Source: Perna viridis
Taxonomy: Eukaryota
Direction of reading: 5' to 3'
DNA length: 64,000 nt
NCBI GenBank assembly: GCA_037379345.1
Contig: CM074512.1
Coordinates: 33,604,001-33,668,000 of the forward strand
A program made the position numbers and the translations under genes. Below, one piece after another: positions 61,399-64,000 of this stretch (its first letter is position 1; every line of letters begins with the position of its first letter). The notes below the pieces were generated by a model that was not told the origin of the DNA, ran no database searches, and saw nothing but the letters and a program-made list of their open reading frames with translations.

Positions 61399-64000
61399 GT
61401 TGTGTGCAATACCATCTTCCTGTTATTTAAGTGGGGTTTGTATCTAGCATGACAAGGAGTGACACTTCATGTTATAAAGGGACTTTGTATATTGTTAAAA
61501 CATACCATTCAATGTACTGATAGTAGTTCTAACGGTATCTTACTCAATAATAGTAGGAGTCATTGACAAATACTGTTCTGATGTAATTGTTGATTTGAAA
61601 CAGTTGCATAATATGAAATTGTTGCCGGACAAATTCTGCCCACCTTGTCATTTTTATCTTTGATTTGTTGCATAGACTTGATTACTTGACAAATTCTACC
61701 CATCCTATCTTTACATTACTTGCATAGAATACAGAATTTATTACGCTGCTAATAATACCAACTATGCCGGTTTTTATTTTTGATAGAATACAGCATTTCC
61801 TTTTTAAACAAATACTGCCTGTATGTGTTTTGTTGATGAAAAAAACAGAAGGTGGCCGGGCAAGTTTATCCCATTGTATTGTACATGTTGGTTACCTAGA
61901 TAAGATAGAAAAGAGATGCTTAGTGGACTATTAGTGTTGCTTTCTTTGATCTATAGTTTTTGTAATAGCAAAATATATTACAATTCTAATTTCAGAAACA
62001 GTATTGTCTGAAACCTATGTGAGATAATTGATGACATACTGCTTCATCTCTTTGACTCCAAGCTACTCACTGATTTCATGAGTTTATTAGAAATAAACAA
62101 GTGATGACGTTATCTTTTTGTAGAATTTCATAACTGAATTCTTCACAAAAATTTTAATTTTGTTATTGAGTTATCAAAACGCATATATAGGATAAATTAT
62201 TATCAATTTGAAGGATGGTAATTTATTGTTTTGATTTTGCCCACGGATGTGTCCTGGAAAATGTTCTAAAATTATATTACTTTTATATTAGGTTCTATAA
62301 ACATATATTACAGAATGATATTTGTGGAAGCTTTTCTTGAAATGTTACATTGTAATATTATATGATTGTTGTTATTTGTGGTAAACATTGATGCATATAA
62401 ATTGTAGCAGTTGAAACCTCCATCATGAGAGGTGAAGTTGACCAGGTTGTTTTGTCTGTAAGTTATGTTCCACATGTGTCCAAGCAGAATATATCTTTAT
62501 ACATTATACTTGTTTGATGTGAACCTTCAAGATCTTGTTATAAATGGAACTATAGTGTGCTACAGTGTTTTCAAAGAAGCCTATACTTTTGTCAAGCATT
62601 TTCTTAGTTACTCAATAGCAGAAATTGTGGTTCTGTCAAAAAATTCTTAAAGAGATTTTTAATAATGTGTCTAATGTGTGATTATTAACATATAAAATAA
62701 GGCACAGGTTTTATAAACATACTTCAGTCCTGAGATTTATAGCTGTTCTATTTGTTGTCTCTCTTGATCAGTCTTTTATGCTTTCATTTCTCATTAACCT
62801 GAGATGACCAGTGATGAAGTTCTTCATACTACTGTATTAGATACAGTCTTATTACTTTTGGAGTCATTGAATTTGATAGCTCCCAAACCAAAATATAAAA
62901 AAAGACCTCTTTGAACTTGCTTAATTCCTGAAGCCATTATATTCCAAACCTGTAGAAGATGATACTGTAATGTTAGTGCTTTCTTCATTTTTGACATAAT
63001 CTGAGCAAAAAAGATTATTTTAACAGACATTGTTGCTCATAAATAAAAATTCATAGCACTATCTAGACACTTTAATAACTAATTCAAACAGACTATAATC
63101 ATATTCTAGTTGTTATAAGATATTACATCAGATATGTATCATTTTTTGGACATCTATATTACACCCAACTATTAGCAAGCATATACTTTTCTATTATTGA
63201 ATATAAAAGTCTGATTTTTTTTCTTTTAATCAATGTTCAGTGTGATGCAGAATGATATGGAATAGGTTCACTTAATTTCAGGAGACATCTCAGTCAAGAA
63301 TTTTGTTTATTTTCCACTTAGAAAATACTATGGGGTGGAATTGTCTCTAGAAGTTTGTATTTTCCTATAATTGCAGTACTTTTGTTTGCCATCAGTTCAC
63401 TTGATGTATGTGTTATGTACTTAATGAAGATTGTATAAAGAACTCCCTCTTAATAACCATTTCATGAGTGTAAGTATGATTCTATCATTACAGATTAATG
63501 GTTTATGGAAAGGATAGACTTAGATCTCACTGGAGAAAATGCATGAAAAATTACCCTCCCTAGTGCTTTGAATTTTACCAAAAATACATAAAATATCAAA
63601 AAAGTCTATGGTTTATTCTGTTTTAGTCTCCTTGTCGACTGTAGCCGATTTAATAATTCATACAGCCACAATTAGTTCAGTTGTAGAGAACGTTCTTTTT
63701 AAATTTCTCAAAGCTTGGATATTGAATAAAGTATTAGATTTCAGTCTTTAGAGCAGTTTAACTTCCTTACGACATTAAGACATGTCTTCATTTGTGTAAG
63801 ACATGGAGGATGTTTTTCACTTGAAATTTCCCCAAACTCATGATGTGAAATGGAAAATTGAATTGTAGTGATGCTCAGGTCTCCAGTTTCTTATTACTTG
63901 AAGGCATGATTGAGAATAATAAGCCAGAAAGAGTGGCATGCAAAACAATATTGAATGTTTAATAGCGTAATGACATTTTGGTTTCATTATAGATTGTGAA

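Overview
AT-rich eukaryotic genomic DNA, most likely from a bivalve mollusc (Mytilus-like; inferred from the repeat families, not proven). No prokaryotic features are present. The minus strand carries two tandem, co-oriented 5-HT2-type serotonin receptor (class A GPCR) genes. Gene A is complete in two coding exons (56402..56072 + 39076..37944; 487 aa; one 16,995-bp phase-1 intron). Gene B is represented only by its first coding exon (12103..11842); its intron appears to run off the left edge of the window. The rest is non-coding DNA with many non-autonomous transposons (Helentron-associated HINE-like, Harbinger-, Kolobok- and Tc1/mariner-type MITEs), a dead Penelope-like retroelement, SINE remnants, two long hairpins and many minisatellites. 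The most interesting signal is on the PLUS strand, which has no convincing coding exon. It carries two near-consensus recursive-splicing 'ratchet' sites (polypyrimidine tract + YAG|GTAAG at 1650/1651 and 22909/22910), each followed 33-40 nt later by a second donor, and it looks T/G-rich by eye. My inference is that the window is one giant, recursively spliced intron of an unseen plus-strand host gene, with the receptor pair nested antisense inside it, reminiscent of vertebrate HTR2B inside PSMD1. This needs the flanking sequence and RNA-seq to confirm.
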